44,244 nt of DNA from the IMG/VR virus record IMGVR_UViG_3300011412_000002, positions 1 to 44,244 of that record, one strand, 5' to 3'. The notes below the pieces were generated by a model, which worked only from the letters and a program-made list of their open reading frames with translations, did not search any database and had not been told where the DNA came from. Below, piece by piece: positions 17,996 through 26,555 of the stretch. The translations under genes were made by a program, and so were the position numbers. Origin of the DNA: a virus (Duplodnaviria > Caudoviricetes). The first letter of the stretch is position 1, and every line of letters begins with the position of its first letter.

Positions 17996-18604
17996 ATGGG
18001 CAACTCCCTGGCGCAGAGCACGACCGGCGGATCGATCGAGGGCAGCATGGCGGACTACCAGCGCAAGACCGGCGCGGGGCTGGCGAAGAGCTGGCTGGCG
18101 GTCAAGGCGGTGGTGGTGGTCGACATCTCCGGCAGCATGAGCACCCAGGACGCCGGCGACGGGCACGCCCGGGTGGACGTCGCCAAGATGGAGCTGGCCA
18201 AGCTGCAGAAGAAGCTGCAGGGCCAGATCGCGGTGGTCGAGTTCAACTACGACGCGCGCTGGCGGCGGGACGGCAGCCTCGGGTCGCCGGACGGCGGGAC
18301 GAACCTGGCCGGGGCCCTGGACTACGTGCGCGAGCTGGTGGGGCCCGGCGCGCCCCGGATGCAGGTGGTGGTGGTGAGCGATGGCTCCCCCGACCTGGAA
18401 GAGACCGCCCTGGCCAGCGCCCGCACCCTGCACGCCGCCGGCGCCAAGATCAGCGCCGTCTACGTGGGGCCCGACCACTTCGAGGCCGGCAAGCGCTTCC
18501 TGGCCCAGCTCGCCGCGCTGGGCGGGGGCGAGGCCTCCGACGCCTTCCTGGTCAAAGCGCTCGCGCAACAGATCACAAAGTTGCTCACCGCCGGCCCCGC
18601 CTGA
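17996..18604 (+). CDS. von Willebrand factor A (vWA) domain protein
   Basis: MIDAS motif DISGSM, GGTNLAGAL, VVVVSDG; AGAGGA RBS. Confidence 0.85.
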   Translation: MGNSLAQSTTGGSIEGSMADYQRKTGAGLAKSWLAVKAVVVVDISGSMSTQDAGDGHARVDVAKMELAKLQKKLQGQIAVVEFNYDARWRRDGSLGSPDGGTNLAGALDYVRELVGPGAPRMQVVVVSDGSPDLEETALASARTLHAAGAKISAVYVGPDHFEAGKRFLAQLAALGGGEASDAFLVKALAQQITKLLTAGPA

Positions 18605-18635
18605 TCCCCTCCCCCTCGTAAAGCGTAGCCACCCA

Positions 18636-18659
18636 GGCGCCCCTCGGAAGAGGGGCGCC
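18636..18659 (+). terminator. GC-rich hairpin after the vWA gene
   Basis: ggcgcccctc-ggaa-gaggggcgcc (10-bp stem); no clear U-tract. Confidence 0.55.
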
Positions 18660-18675
18660 GCCTGTCTGTGGAGTG

Positions 18676-21081
18676 ATGATGGGGACGCTCGAAGACGCGA
18701 TCGTGGACTACAGCGGCCGGGGCTGGAGCCTGATGCTGCTGGATCCGGGCCAGAAGAAGACGACGGTGCCGGACTGGCCGAACGGCCCCGACGCCGTCGA
18801 TTGGCTGCTGGGGGAGGCGGGCACCCTCCCCGGGGCGCACAACCTCGCCGTCCGGCTGGGGGAGCGGTCGGCCCAGTTGGCGGACGTCGACCTCGACACC
18901 GACGCCAGCCGGGCGGTGGCGCCGCACCTGCTGCCGAAGACGCCGGCGAGGTTCGGGCGCGACGGGGTGGCCGGCGACACGCACTACCTGTACCTGGCCC
19001 CGGACGGGCCCCCGAGGGGGCAGCGGGGCACCATGCGCCTGAACACGGCGGCGGCGCCGGGTGATCAGACGATCAAGACCTACTCGGAGCTGCGCTGGAA
19101 CGGGGCGTACACCGTGCTGCCCCCCAGCACGCACCCGGAGGGCGGCGCGTACCGCTGGTCGAGCGCCGGTTCCACGGCGGCCGTCGCCTGGGCTACCCTA
19201 GCCGAAGCGACGCGGGAGGTGGCCGCGGCGGCCCTGCTGGTCGAGGCGTACCCCGAGACGAAGCGCCTGCGCCAGCGCCACTACACCTCCCTGGCCCTGT
19301 CCGCCGCGCTGCTGCGCGCCGGCTGGCCCCTCCCGCGCGTCGAGAAGTTCGTCTACGCCTGCGCGCAGGCGTCGGGCGACGAGGAAGCAGACGCGAGGGT
19401 CGACAATGCGCGGAGCACGGCGGAACGGCTGGCGGCGGGGGAGCACCTGGGCGGGTGGAGCGCGCTGGTCTCGTACCTGGGGGACGGGGTGGTCACCCGG
19501 TTTCAGCGCTTCTTGGGCCTGGATGCTCGGGCCACGAGCGCCGGAAGCTGGGCGGGCGTCGTGAGTTCGCCTCCGACTTCCACGTCAGCGGGAAAGCCCC
19601 CAGCAGCCCCCACGACGCCCAACCAGGCCCCTGCGCCCCCCGGCGCCAGGCAGGGCGCAGTATCGCAAGTTCCGGGCCCGCAGGCGCCCGTCATCCAGAC
19701 GGCGCAGCAGGCCCAGCAGGCGGCGACGCAGCAGAAGAAGGCGGCGGCGCTGAAACCGAACGAGGTGGCCCTCAACGTCGCCGTGGCGTTGATGAGCAAG
19801 GTGCCGATCGCGCGCGACGAGGGGCAGCAGCTCTACCACTACGCCGGCGGCGTGTACCGCAGCAAAGCGACCGAGCTGTACCTGCGCGAGCGCATCGCCG
19901 TGGAGGTGCTGCAGTACGGCTCGGAATATCTGGACAAGGGCATCGAGGACGAGGTGCTGCATCGGCTGCTGGTAGGCGCCGGTGAGTTGGAAGAGGTGCC
20001 CAACCCCTACCTGCTCAACCTCGAAAACGGGGTGCTGGATCTCCGCACGATGGTGCTGGGGCCCCACGACCCCGACCTCCGCACCACGCTCAAGCTGCCC
20101 ATCGCCTACGACCCGGCGGCGGGGTGCCCAGCGATCGAGGCGTTCTGCAAGCAGGTGTTTCCCGAAGACGCCTACGACGCCGGCGTGCCGTGGGAGGTGG
20201 TGGCGCTGTGCGCCTGCGCCGTCGAGGGGATCGACAAGGCGGTGCTGCTGCTGGGCGAGGGCGAGAACGGCAAGGGCGTGTACCTGGATCTGGTGCTTCG
20301 CTTCGTGGGCAAGGCGAACGCCTCGGCGGTGAGCCTGCAGCGCATCGGGGACGACCGCTTCGCCACCGCCGACCTGCGGGGCAAGCTGCTCAACGTGTGC
20401 GCCGACCTCCCCACCCGGCGCTTGGAAGACAGCGGGGACTTCAAGATCATCGTCAGCCGGGAGACGGTACGGGCCCAGCGCAAGAGCCAGCCGGCATTCG
20501 ACTTCCGACCGTTTTGTCGGCTCCTCTTCTCGTCGAACAACGCCCCGGAGAGCGCCGACCGCAGCCGGGGCTACATCCGGCGCTGGCACATCATCCCTTT
20601 CACCCAGACCTTCGACGTCGCCAACCCGCTGCGCCGCTCGCGTCAGGAGCTGCAGGCCGAGTTGTTCACCTCAGGCGAACTGAGCGGGCTGTTGAACCGC
20701 GCCATCCCGGCGATGCTGGGCTTCCTGAATGGGGCGACGCCGACCGAGACGGACAGCATGCGGGAGGCGATCGAGGAGTTCATCGAGAGCGTCGACGACT
20801 TCGGCTCCTGGCTGCAGACGCAGCTACGCAAGGATCCGACCGGGTTTGTGCCAACCGAGGACATCCGGGCCCGGTGGAAGAACCGGCAAGAGCGCCGGCG
20901 GTTACCCGGCGGCGTGACGTGGCAAGGGATCGCCACGGCGATGAAGGCGAGGTTCCCGAGTGCGGTGCGGACGCAACCGTTCGTCGGTGGTTCGGGCAGG
21001 GGCGGCGCGCTGCTCAAGGGGCAAACGACGGTGGGACAGCGGCAACGGGGGTACAGCGGAGTATCATGGCTCCAGCCATGA
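18676..21081 (+). CDS. Bifunctional primase-polymerase fused to D5/P4-family SF3 helicase
   Basis: NLAVRLG...DVDLD, HYLY, YTVLPPSTHPEG..YRW (Prim-Pol); LNLENGVLDL (D5_N); Walker A GEGENGKG; RRWHIIPF. Confidence 0.9.
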   Translation: MMGTLEDAIVDYSGRGWSLMLLDPGQKKTTVPDWPNGPDAVDWLLGEAGTLPGAHNLAVRLGERSAQLADVDLDTDASRAVAPHLLPKTPARFGRDGVAGDTHYLYLAPDGPPRGQRGTMRLNTAAAPGDQTIKTYSELRWNGAYTVLPPSTHPEGGAYRWSSAGSTAAVAWATLAEATREVAAAALLVEAYPETKRLRQRHYTSLALSAALLRAGWPLPRVEKFVYACAQASGDEEADARVDNARSTAERLAAGEHLGGWSALVSYLGDGVVTRFQRFLGLDARATSAGSWAGVVSSPPTSTSAGKPPAAPTTPNQAPAPPGARQGAVSQVPGPQAPVIQTAQQAQQAATQQKKAAALKPNEVALNVAVALMSKVPIARDEGQQLYHYAGGVYRSKATELYLRERIAVEVLQYGSEYLDKGIEDEVLHRLLVGAGELEEVPNPYLLNLENGVLDLRTMVLGPHDPDLRTTLKLPIAYDPAAGCPAIEAFCKQVFPEDAYDAGVPWEVVALCACAVEGIDKAVLLLGEGENGKGVYLDLVLRFVGKANASAVSLQRIGDDRFATADLRGKLLNVCADLPTRRLEDSGDFKIIVSRETVRAQRKSQPAFDFRPFCRLLFSSNNAPESADRSRGYIRRWHIIPFTQTFDVANPLRRSRQELQAELFTSGELSGLLNRAIPAMLGFLNGATPTETDSMREAIEEFIESVDDFGSWLQTQLRKDPTGFVPTEDIRARWKNRQERRRLPGGVTWQGIATAMKARFPSAVRTQPFVGGSGRGGALLKGQTTVGQRQRGYSGVSWLQP

Positions 21082-21116
21082 CGCGGTGGTTTCGCTTTAC
21101 GAGGGGAGGAGGGAGC

Positions 21117-21344
21117 ATCTGTGCGGTTTGGTCACCAGATCAAAACGCACAGAGCTACTCAGTGCATTCTCCTCGTTACCAGATCAAAACGCACAGTGCA
21201 CAGTACTCAGTGTCAACTCTCACCTAACACGCGTCACGCGAGAGGTACCTCTGTGCACTGTGCACTGTGCTGTTTGATCTGGTACAAACCAAAATCGTCT
21301 GAGTAGTACTGTGCGTTTTGATCTGGTAGGTAAAACGCACAGAT
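21117..21344. repeat. Iterated inverted-repeat region; putative replication origin (or packaging site)
   Basis: ACCAGATCAAAACGCACAG direct at 21134-21152 and 21178-21196, inverted at 21309-21327 and (variant) 21265-21283; partial copies at both ends; AT-richer, non-coding; between helicase and terminase genes. Confidence 0.75.
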
Positions 21345-21353
21345 GAACCGGAC

Positions 21354-21881
21354 ATGAGCGGTTTCTGGGAGGCGGCGGAAGAGGCCCTGGCTCGGAGGCA
21401 ACCGCCGGCGCCGACGAAGAGCAGCATCCGGGCCCAGCGGGCCTCGTTCGACTGGCTGCAGTCCCTCGAAGGGCGCCGGATGATCCTGGAGAAGACCCGG
21501 AACGGGGAGGAGCTGGTCGACTTCCTGGTGGCGGTGCTCCGAGGCGCCCGGTTCCGGTGGCCGGAGTTGCACCCCAAGGAGCTGCCGGGGCTGCCGATCC
21601 GGCCCACCGCCCAGCAGCGGGTGCTGGCGGCGACCTGGCTGGCCGAGCGGGTTTGGGGTCTGGCCCCCAGGTTAAACGAGCCGGCGCCGGAACCCCAGCT
21701 CGCGGTGGAGGCGGCCGAACTGCAGTTGACGGCGGCCGAGGCCCAGTTCCTGGAGGCGGCGCGCTCCCTGGCGATCGAGCGGGGGGAGCAGGGTGCCGAC
21801 GCCGGCGATCTTGACCGTTCGGTCACGCCATCCGTGACACCATCCGTGACATCCGGTGGCGACGTCGACCCAGCCCCCTAG
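21354..21881 (+). CDS. Hypothetical protein, possible terminase small subunit
   Basis: Helical protein directly upstream of and overlapping terL; the call rests on synteny only. Confidence 0.45.
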   Translation: MSGFWEAAEEALARRQPPAPTKSSIRAQRASFDWLQSLEGRRMILEKTRNGEELVDFLVAVLRGARFRWPELHPKELPGLPIRPTAQQRVLAATWLAERVWGLAPRLNEPAPEPQLAVEAAELQLTAAEAQFLEAARSLAIERGEQGADAGDLDRSVTPSVTPSVTSGGDVDPAP

Positions 21882-23466
21882 CCCCTCCCCCTCGTTAAGC
21901 GTAGCCACCCTTGCAGCGCTTGCGCGCTGCTACCCGGAGGCCTACCAGCGCTTCGTGTTCGGCCTGGAGCCGCGGCCCCATCATCTTGTTTGGTGGTCGC
22001 TGCTGCTCCGGCTGCTGCGGGAGAGCGCCGTGCCCCCGCCGGCGCTGCGGGTGAGCGCGCCGCCCCTCTCTGGGGGCTTCGACGTCGAGACCCTGCGGGA
22101 GCGGGCCGACCCGGGGGAGCAGGAGCCGCCGGCCACCGGGGCCCCGAGGCTCTACGTGGTGGCGCCGCCGGGGCACGCCAAGAGCACCCTGTTCTCCCAG
22201 GTGCTGCCGGCCTGGTACCTGGGGCACGCGCCCGACCAGACCCTGCTGATGCTGACCTCATCCTCACCTATGGCGAGGACGTACCACGACGTGGTGTCGA
22301 CCGTCCTGGCCGAGAGCGCCCGGCACCGGGCGGTGTTCCCCGAGCCGGCCTGCCGGCCCGACCCGAAGCGGGGCTGGTCGACCAACGGGCTGTACCTGCA
22401 GGGCACGCCGTGGAGCCAGAAGGAGCCCGCTTTTCGGATCGCGGGGTGGGGGGCCAGTGTGCTCGGCGCGCGGGCCCACGGCATCATCCTGGACGACGCG
22501 CTGACCCAGGAGGAGAGCGAGAGCGCCCTGGTCACCGAGCGCTCCTGGTCGCACCTGCAGATGACGATCGAGAACCGGCTGCACCCCGGGGGCTGGCTGC
22601 TGGGGGTGGGCACCCGCTGGACGGCGGACGACCTGATCGGGCGGGCCCGGCGCGCCGGGTGGCCGGTGTACCGCTTCCCGGCCCTGGGCCCCTACCCCTG
22701 GGGCACCGCCGTCGACCAGCCCACCGGCGGGCGGGCCCTGTGGTGGACGCGGTTCGACGTCCCCTACCTGGAAGCGGAGCGGAGGAGAATCGGCGGCGCC
22801 AGGTTCGCCACCGTCTGGCAGGGCGTGCCCACGGGGGTCGGCGCCGGCGTCTTCCGCTCAGGGGAGTGGTTCCGGGGGCTGCCCGCGGCCTACCCGACGC
22901 TGGCCCGGCGGTTCACCACGGTGACCTACGTGGACACGGCGTGGTCGGAGAAGAAGACGGCGGACTTCACGGCCGCCTGCACGCTGGGGTACGACCCGGC
23001 CGACCAGCAGCGGCGCCTGTACGTCACCGGCTGGTGGCGCCAGCGGGTGAACGAGGACGGCCTCGCCGCCGCCCTGGCCGACCACCTGGTGGCCATGCGC
23101 CCCGACCTGGTGGGGGTAGAGATCCCCGCCTTTCGGCAGGAACCCACCCTGGAGCTGGTGCGGGCGATCAACCAGCAGCTCGTCAACCGCCACGCCTGCT
23201 CGGTGGTGGCCGTCCCCGTCTCCACCGACAAGGTGGTGCGGGCCCGGCCCCACGCCGCCAAGGCCGAGGCCGGTCTGGCCCACTACGACCGCAGCCACCC
23301 CCTGTGGCCTGTAGCGGAAGCGGAGCTGCTAGGCTTCCCCGGCGCCGCCCACGACGACCTGGTCGACGCCGCCAGCGGCGCCGTCACGATGGCCCTCTAC
23401 GGCCCCGACCTGCTCCTCCGAGGCCAGAACGCCGGCGGCCCGAGCACGGCGCTGCGCTTCGGCTAG
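21856..23466 (+). CDS. terL: Terminase large subunit
   Basis: Walker A variant APPGHAKST, Walker B IILDD, GTRW..DDL.G, YVDTAWS.K..ADFTA, K..RA and FP...HDDLVDA nuclease motifs. Confidence 0.92.
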   Translation: MATSTQPPSPSPSLSVATLAALARCYPEAYQRFVFGLEPRPHHLVWWSLLLRLLRESAVPPPALRVSAPPLSGGFDVETLRERADPGEQEPPATGAPRLYVVAPPGHAKSTLFSQVLPAWYLGHAPDQTLLMLTSSSPMARTYHDVVSTVLAESARHRAVFPEPACRPDPKRGWSTNGLYLQGTPWSQKEPAFRIAGWGASVLGARAHGIILDDALTQEESESALVTERSWSHLQMTIENRLHPGGWLLGVGTRWTADDLIGRARRAGWPVYRFPALGPYPWGTAVDQPTGGRALWWTRFDVPYLEAERRRIGGARFATVWQGVPTGVGAGVFRSGEWFRGLPAAYPTLARRFTTVTYVDTAWSEKKTADFTAACTLGYDPADQQRRLYVTGWWRQRVNEDGLAAALADHLVAMRPDLVGVEIPAFRQEPTLELVRAINQQLVNRHACSVVAVPVSTDKVVRARPHAAKAEAGLAHYDRSHPLWPVAEAELLGFPGAAHDDLVDAASGAVTMALYGPDLLLRGQNAGGPSTALRFG

Positions 23467-23691
23467 CCCGGCGGCGACGTTCAGCGCCTCGGCCGTGGTC
23501 GCGTCGCTGCGCCGGCGCTTCTCCTCGGGCGTCTCTGCGACCGCCCGGTACTCGTCCGCCTTCACCCGGAGGGCGAGGGCGTGCACCAGCGTGTGCGCCG
23601 CCTGCTGGGCGTCGCTGCGCCGCTTGCGCTTCGCCAGCGCGTGCAGCACCTCCAGCTCTTCGGCGGACAGCTCGATCGTGAGCTGCGGCAT
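23329..23691 (-). CDS. Arc/CopG-like ribbon-helix-helix protein (3' end overlaps terL antisense)
   Basis: MPQLTIELSAEELEVLHALAKRKRRSDAQQAAHTL; GAGGAG RBS following motif A. Confidence 0.6.
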   Translation of the reverse strand: MPQLTIELSAEELEVLHALAKRKRRSDAQQAAHTLVHALALRVKADEYRAVAETPEEKRRRSDATTAEALNVAAGLAEAQRRARAAGVLASEEQVGAVEGHRDGAAGGVDQVVVGGAGEA

Positions 23692-23737
23692 CCCCTGCTC
23701 CTCTCCCCCTCGTAAAGCGTAGCCACCCGTGATCTCG

Positions 23738-24082
23738 TCATGGCGGTGACGGGTAGGGTACGACGGCGACGTACTGGCCCCGGCGCGGGCGCTCCAGGGT
23801 GCCGTCCGCCACCAGCGAGGCCAGCAGGTCGAAGGCGTACTCCGAGCTGATCCCCAGCACCTGCGCCGCCAGCACCGGCGTCACCGGCGCCGGGTACGCG
23901 CTGCGGCACAAACTCAGGGCGGCGGCGCAGTTCTCGTTGGCCCGGGTGATGCGGATGCGCTGCCGCCTGACTTGGATGCCGGCGGCGCGCAGGGTGTCCC
24001 GCAGCGCGGCCAGCTCCTTCTCGGTGGCGGCGATGTGGGCCTCGATGCGCCGCCCGAAGCCCAGCCACTCCTCGTCCTTCAT
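23738..24082 (-). CDS. Coiled-coil plus winged-helix DNA-binding protein
   Basis: VTPVLAAQVLGISSEYAFDLLASLVADGTLERPRRGQY wHTH pattern. Confidence 0.6.
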   Translation of the reverse strand: MKDEEWLGFGRRIEAHIAATEKELAALRDTLRAAGIQVRRQRIRITRANENCAAALSLCRSAYPAPVTPVLAAQVLGISSEYAFDLLASLVADGTLERPRRGQYVAVVPYPSPP

Positions 24083-24113
24083 CTGTCACCCGGTGCCAGG
24101 TCGTTTCCGCCCG

Positions 24114-24428
24114 CTAGCGTACCCCGCTGGCTTGCTTCTTTGCACGCAACCGTTTGACCGATTGGTCGAGGCAGGCGAAGTTGCGCCAGTGCGCCGACAC
24201 CGGCTCCCCGCAGCGGGGGCAGCGCCACGCCCCGGCTTGGCACTGCCGGCGCAGCTCTTGGATCTCCTCCCGGGTGGCCACGATCACGCTCAGCGTGGCG
24301 GTGCAGCAGCTCCGCTCGCAGCACCCCCGGTAGGCGTCGGGGTGCAGCATGGCCCAGTCCACCCGCCGGGAGCGGCAGGTGCAGCGCGCCGCCCCCGGCG
24401 GCACCCGGGCGTTCCACCCGCCCGCCAT
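24114..24428 (-). CDS. Cys-rich hypothetical protein (zinc finger)
   Basis: CTC, CCxxxCC, CPRCG...H motifs; TGATG coupling. Confidence 0.45.
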   Translation of the reverse strand: MAGGWNARVPPGAARCTCRSRRVDWAMLHPDAYRGCCERSCCTATLSVIVATREEIQELRRQCQAGAWRCPRCGEPVSAHWRNFACLDQSVKRLRAKKQASGVR

Positions 24429-24583
24429 CAGCGGCGCCCGCTCATGGACGTCGGCGCCTCGACCGGGCCCGCGTCGCCCCACGGCGGCGCCACCAGGAAC
24501 CAGAAGACGACCCCCACCGCCAGCGCCCACACCGCCACCATGAGCCACCCGTGCCAGACCTTCCACTCCGGCCGATCGTCCAT
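24428..24583 (-). CDS. Small single-TM membrane protein
   Basis: AGGAGG RBS; MDDRPEWKVWHGWLMVAVWALAVGVVFWFLVAPPW. Confidence 0.55.
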   Translation of the reverse strand: MDDRPEWKVWHGWLMVAVWALAVGVVFWFLVAPPWGDAGPVEAPTSMSGRR

Positions 24584-24737
24584 CACCCCTCCTCTCTCGT
24601 GCGTCCCTGCCCCGGTTCCCCTAGGGGAACCGCCTTCCCTAAAGGGGAAGCGGTGTTCCCCCGGGGAACCGCTGGGGACGCAGGGGGAACTCGGGGATAT
24701 CCACACCTCTCCTCCCCCTCGTAAAGCGAAGCGCCGC

Positions 24738-25079
24738 TCATCGCTTCCTCCGACGCTCGTTATGGCAAATACGGCAGGAACGCACCCCATCTGGGTAGAC
24801 GTAGGTGTTCTCTGGGGTGCGCGGGTGGCCGTGGACGCAGTGCGTCTTCGCCAACCGCGCTGCGATCGACGCGCGGACGCCGTTCGCGGTGAGTTGCTTG
24901 AGCCGACCGTCGATCCGTTGGTGGCAACCTCGGCAGAGCGAGACAACGTTGTCGACGTTGTTCGTCGCGTCGCCGTCCCAGTGGTGACGCTCGGTGGCCG
25001 GGGCGACCTCGCACTCGGCGCAGACGGGGTGGAGGGGCACAGCGCGGCGGGCGTATTGCCGGCCGGTCTGGGGCCTCAT
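24738..25079 (-). CDS. HNH endonuclease with C-terminal KTHC zinc domain
   Basis: CAEC...ERHHWDGDATNN..DN...LCRGCH, then KTHCVHGH...NTY...CRIC. Confidence 0.75.
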   Translation of the reverse strand: MRPQTGRQYARRAVPLHPVCAECEVAPATERHHWDGDATNNVDNVVSLCRGCHQRIDGRLKQLTANGVRASIAARLAKTHCVHGHPRTPENTYVYPDGVRSCRICHNERRRKR

Positions 25080-25285
25080 TCCTTCGGCCCCAAGATGACA
25101 TCAAGAGCGCGTAAGAAGCGGTCGATGCGCCACAGCCGCAGCTCCAGGTACGGGCGGGGGTTGCGCTCCAGCGCGTCGACCACCCTGGTGCGCTCCAGGC
25201 GCCACAGCGTCCTGTCCAGCTCGACCCAGGTCTCGTCGGGCAGCGTGTGGGCCAAGGGGCCCGGTGTGGGCAGCCCGTCAGGCAT
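25076..25285 (-). CDS. Hypothetical protein
   Basis: Tightly coupled ORF in the minus-strand operon. Confidence 0.5.
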   Translation of the reverse strand: MPDGLPTPGPLAHTLPDETWVELDRTLWRLERTRVVDALERNPRPYLELRLWRIDRFLRALDVILGPKE

Positions 25286-25517
25286 TGGCGATCTTGCGGA
25301 TGTGCCGCTGAATCTTGCGGACGGACGGGTCGTCGTAGGCGTCGAAGTCGTAGGCCGGGTTCGAGACCGCCCCGTACTGCGCCAGCCGGTCGACGAAGTC
25401 CTCCCAGTCGATCCGGTCGTCGCCGGAGAACCAGCCGTCGTACACCCGCTCGGCGTCGGCCAGCACCTCGGCGGTGACGTCCGCCGCCGTGCGGAGGATG
25501 TGGGCGTCCTTGGGCAC
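25278..25517 (-). CDS. Acidic hypothetical protein (MPKDAHILRTAADVT...)
   Basis: AAGGAG RBS and GTG start; good codon usage. Confidence 0.6.
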   Translation of the reverse strand: MPKDAHILRTAADVTAEVLADAERVYDGWFSGDDRIDWEDFVDRLAQYGAVSNPAYDFDAYDDPSVRKIQRHIRKIANA

Positions 25518-25519
25518 GA

Positions 25520-25759
25520 TCAGGCTCCTTTCGTCCAGCAGCGCGACCCCCAGGCCCGCCGACAGCGGGGGCACACGTCGTCGTCCAGCGGCAGTCCGTC
25601 CTCGCCGGTGTGGGTGTCCCCGAGCTGCTCGCTCTCCAGAACGCGGCGCTTGCACGCCGTCACCGTAAAGTCGCCGTCCTCGCCGGCCACGGCGTGCCAC
25701 CGGGCGCGGACGCCCTGCCCCTTCACCCATGCCACCTTCTGCCCGTAGAGCGTGTTCAC
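25520..25759 (-). CDS. Small hypothetical protein, possible zinc finger
   Basis: WH...TAC...CPRC; GTGA overlap. Confidence 0.55.
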   Translation of the reverse strand: MNTLYGQKVAWVKGQGVRARWHAVAGEDGDFTVTACKRRVLESEQLGDTHTGEDGLPLDDDVCPRCRRAWGSRCWTKGA

Positions 25760-25995
25760 CGGTTCGCCGTCTGGTCGTACTCGGCGTCGGCGGCCGCCTC
25801 GGCCGCCTCCAGCGCGTCCTCGATCGTCACCCGCGCCGCCGCCTCGGGGCCCCGCTCCCGGCGCAGCCGGGCCTGCGCGTCGCTGGCGAAGCGGACGGCA
25901 TCGCGGAAGCCGGCGAAGACGCGCCAGTTGTCGAGCCCGCCGGGGAAGTCCGGGTTGGCGAAGGACGGGTAGTGGACGGTGTAGCGGTCGCGCAT
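25756..25995 (-). CDS. Hypothetical protein, first gene after the promoter at 26026-26054
   Basis: GAGAGGA RBS and ATG. Confidence 0.6.
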   Translation of the reverse strand: MRDRYTVHYPSFANPDFPGGLDNWRVFAGFRDAVRFASDAQARLRRERGPEAAARVTIEDALEAAEAAADAEYDQTANR

Positions 25996-26025
25996 CGGCG
26001 GGTTCCTCTCGGCGGTGATGTATCT

Positions 26026-26054
26026 ATTCTACCAGATAGCTACCACAACCGCAA
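26026..26054 (-). promoter_or_regulatory. Sigma70-type promoter with GGTAGCTA box; palindrome B (26056-26069) abuts the -35
   Basis: Minus strand TTGCGG-17 nt-TAGAAT with extended TGn. Confidence 0.75.
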
Positions 26055-26066
26055 GTGACCGAACGG

Positions 26067-26546
26067 TCAGGTTTTGAGGGCGGTCTCGGCGTACCTGGCG
26101 CAGATCTCCAGGAAGGCGGCACCCAGCACCACCTCCCACTCGTCCCGGGTCAGCTCGCAGCCGGCGGTGCAGGCGGTGACGGGGCGGGGCTCGTCGCCGG
26201 GCCCGACCGCCAACCGGGGCGTCGCCGTCAGCCCCAGCCCCACCGCCAACCGCCCGTCGCTCATCTCCAGGGGCAGCGCCGCGTAGTGCAGGGAGAAGCT
26301 CACCACCACCACGCCCCGCACGTCGTCGTGCAGCTCGGGGTCTTCCAAACACCGGGGGCAGTCCATCGCCCGGTTCAGGTGCACGCCCTGGCCCCCCATC
26401 GGGAGCACGAACAGATCCTGCACCGGCGGCGGGCAGACCGGCAGGGGAGGCGCCGGCTGCCCCCCCACCACCTTCACCTTCCTCCCCCTCGTTAAGCGAG
26501 GGGAATTCGCGGTGAAGCCGATCGGCGCGTCTTTCGAGTGGCTCAT
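26067..26546 (-). CDS. Hypothetical protein (Cys pairs)
   Basis: AAGGAG RBS; CPRC...CTAGC. Confidence 0.5.
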   Translation of the reverse strand: MSHSKDAPIGFTANSPRLTRGRKVKVVGGQPAPPLPVCPPPVQDLFVLPMGGQGVHLNRAMDCPRCLEDPELHDDVRGVVVVSFSLHYAALPLEMSDGRLAVGLGLTATPRLAVGPGDEPRPVTACTAGCELTRDEWEVVLGAAFLEICARYAETALKT

Positions 26547-26555
26547 CTCCGCTCC

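Noticed and set aside
21825-21858. Short tandem repeats (ccatccgtgaca at about 21.83 kb; gccaacattgggg x2 at about 26.84 kb; aagcgggcggtggc x2 at about 12.43 kb)
   Set aside because: Two or three unit duplications within disordered protein tails; noted only because each is next to a motif A or B copy.
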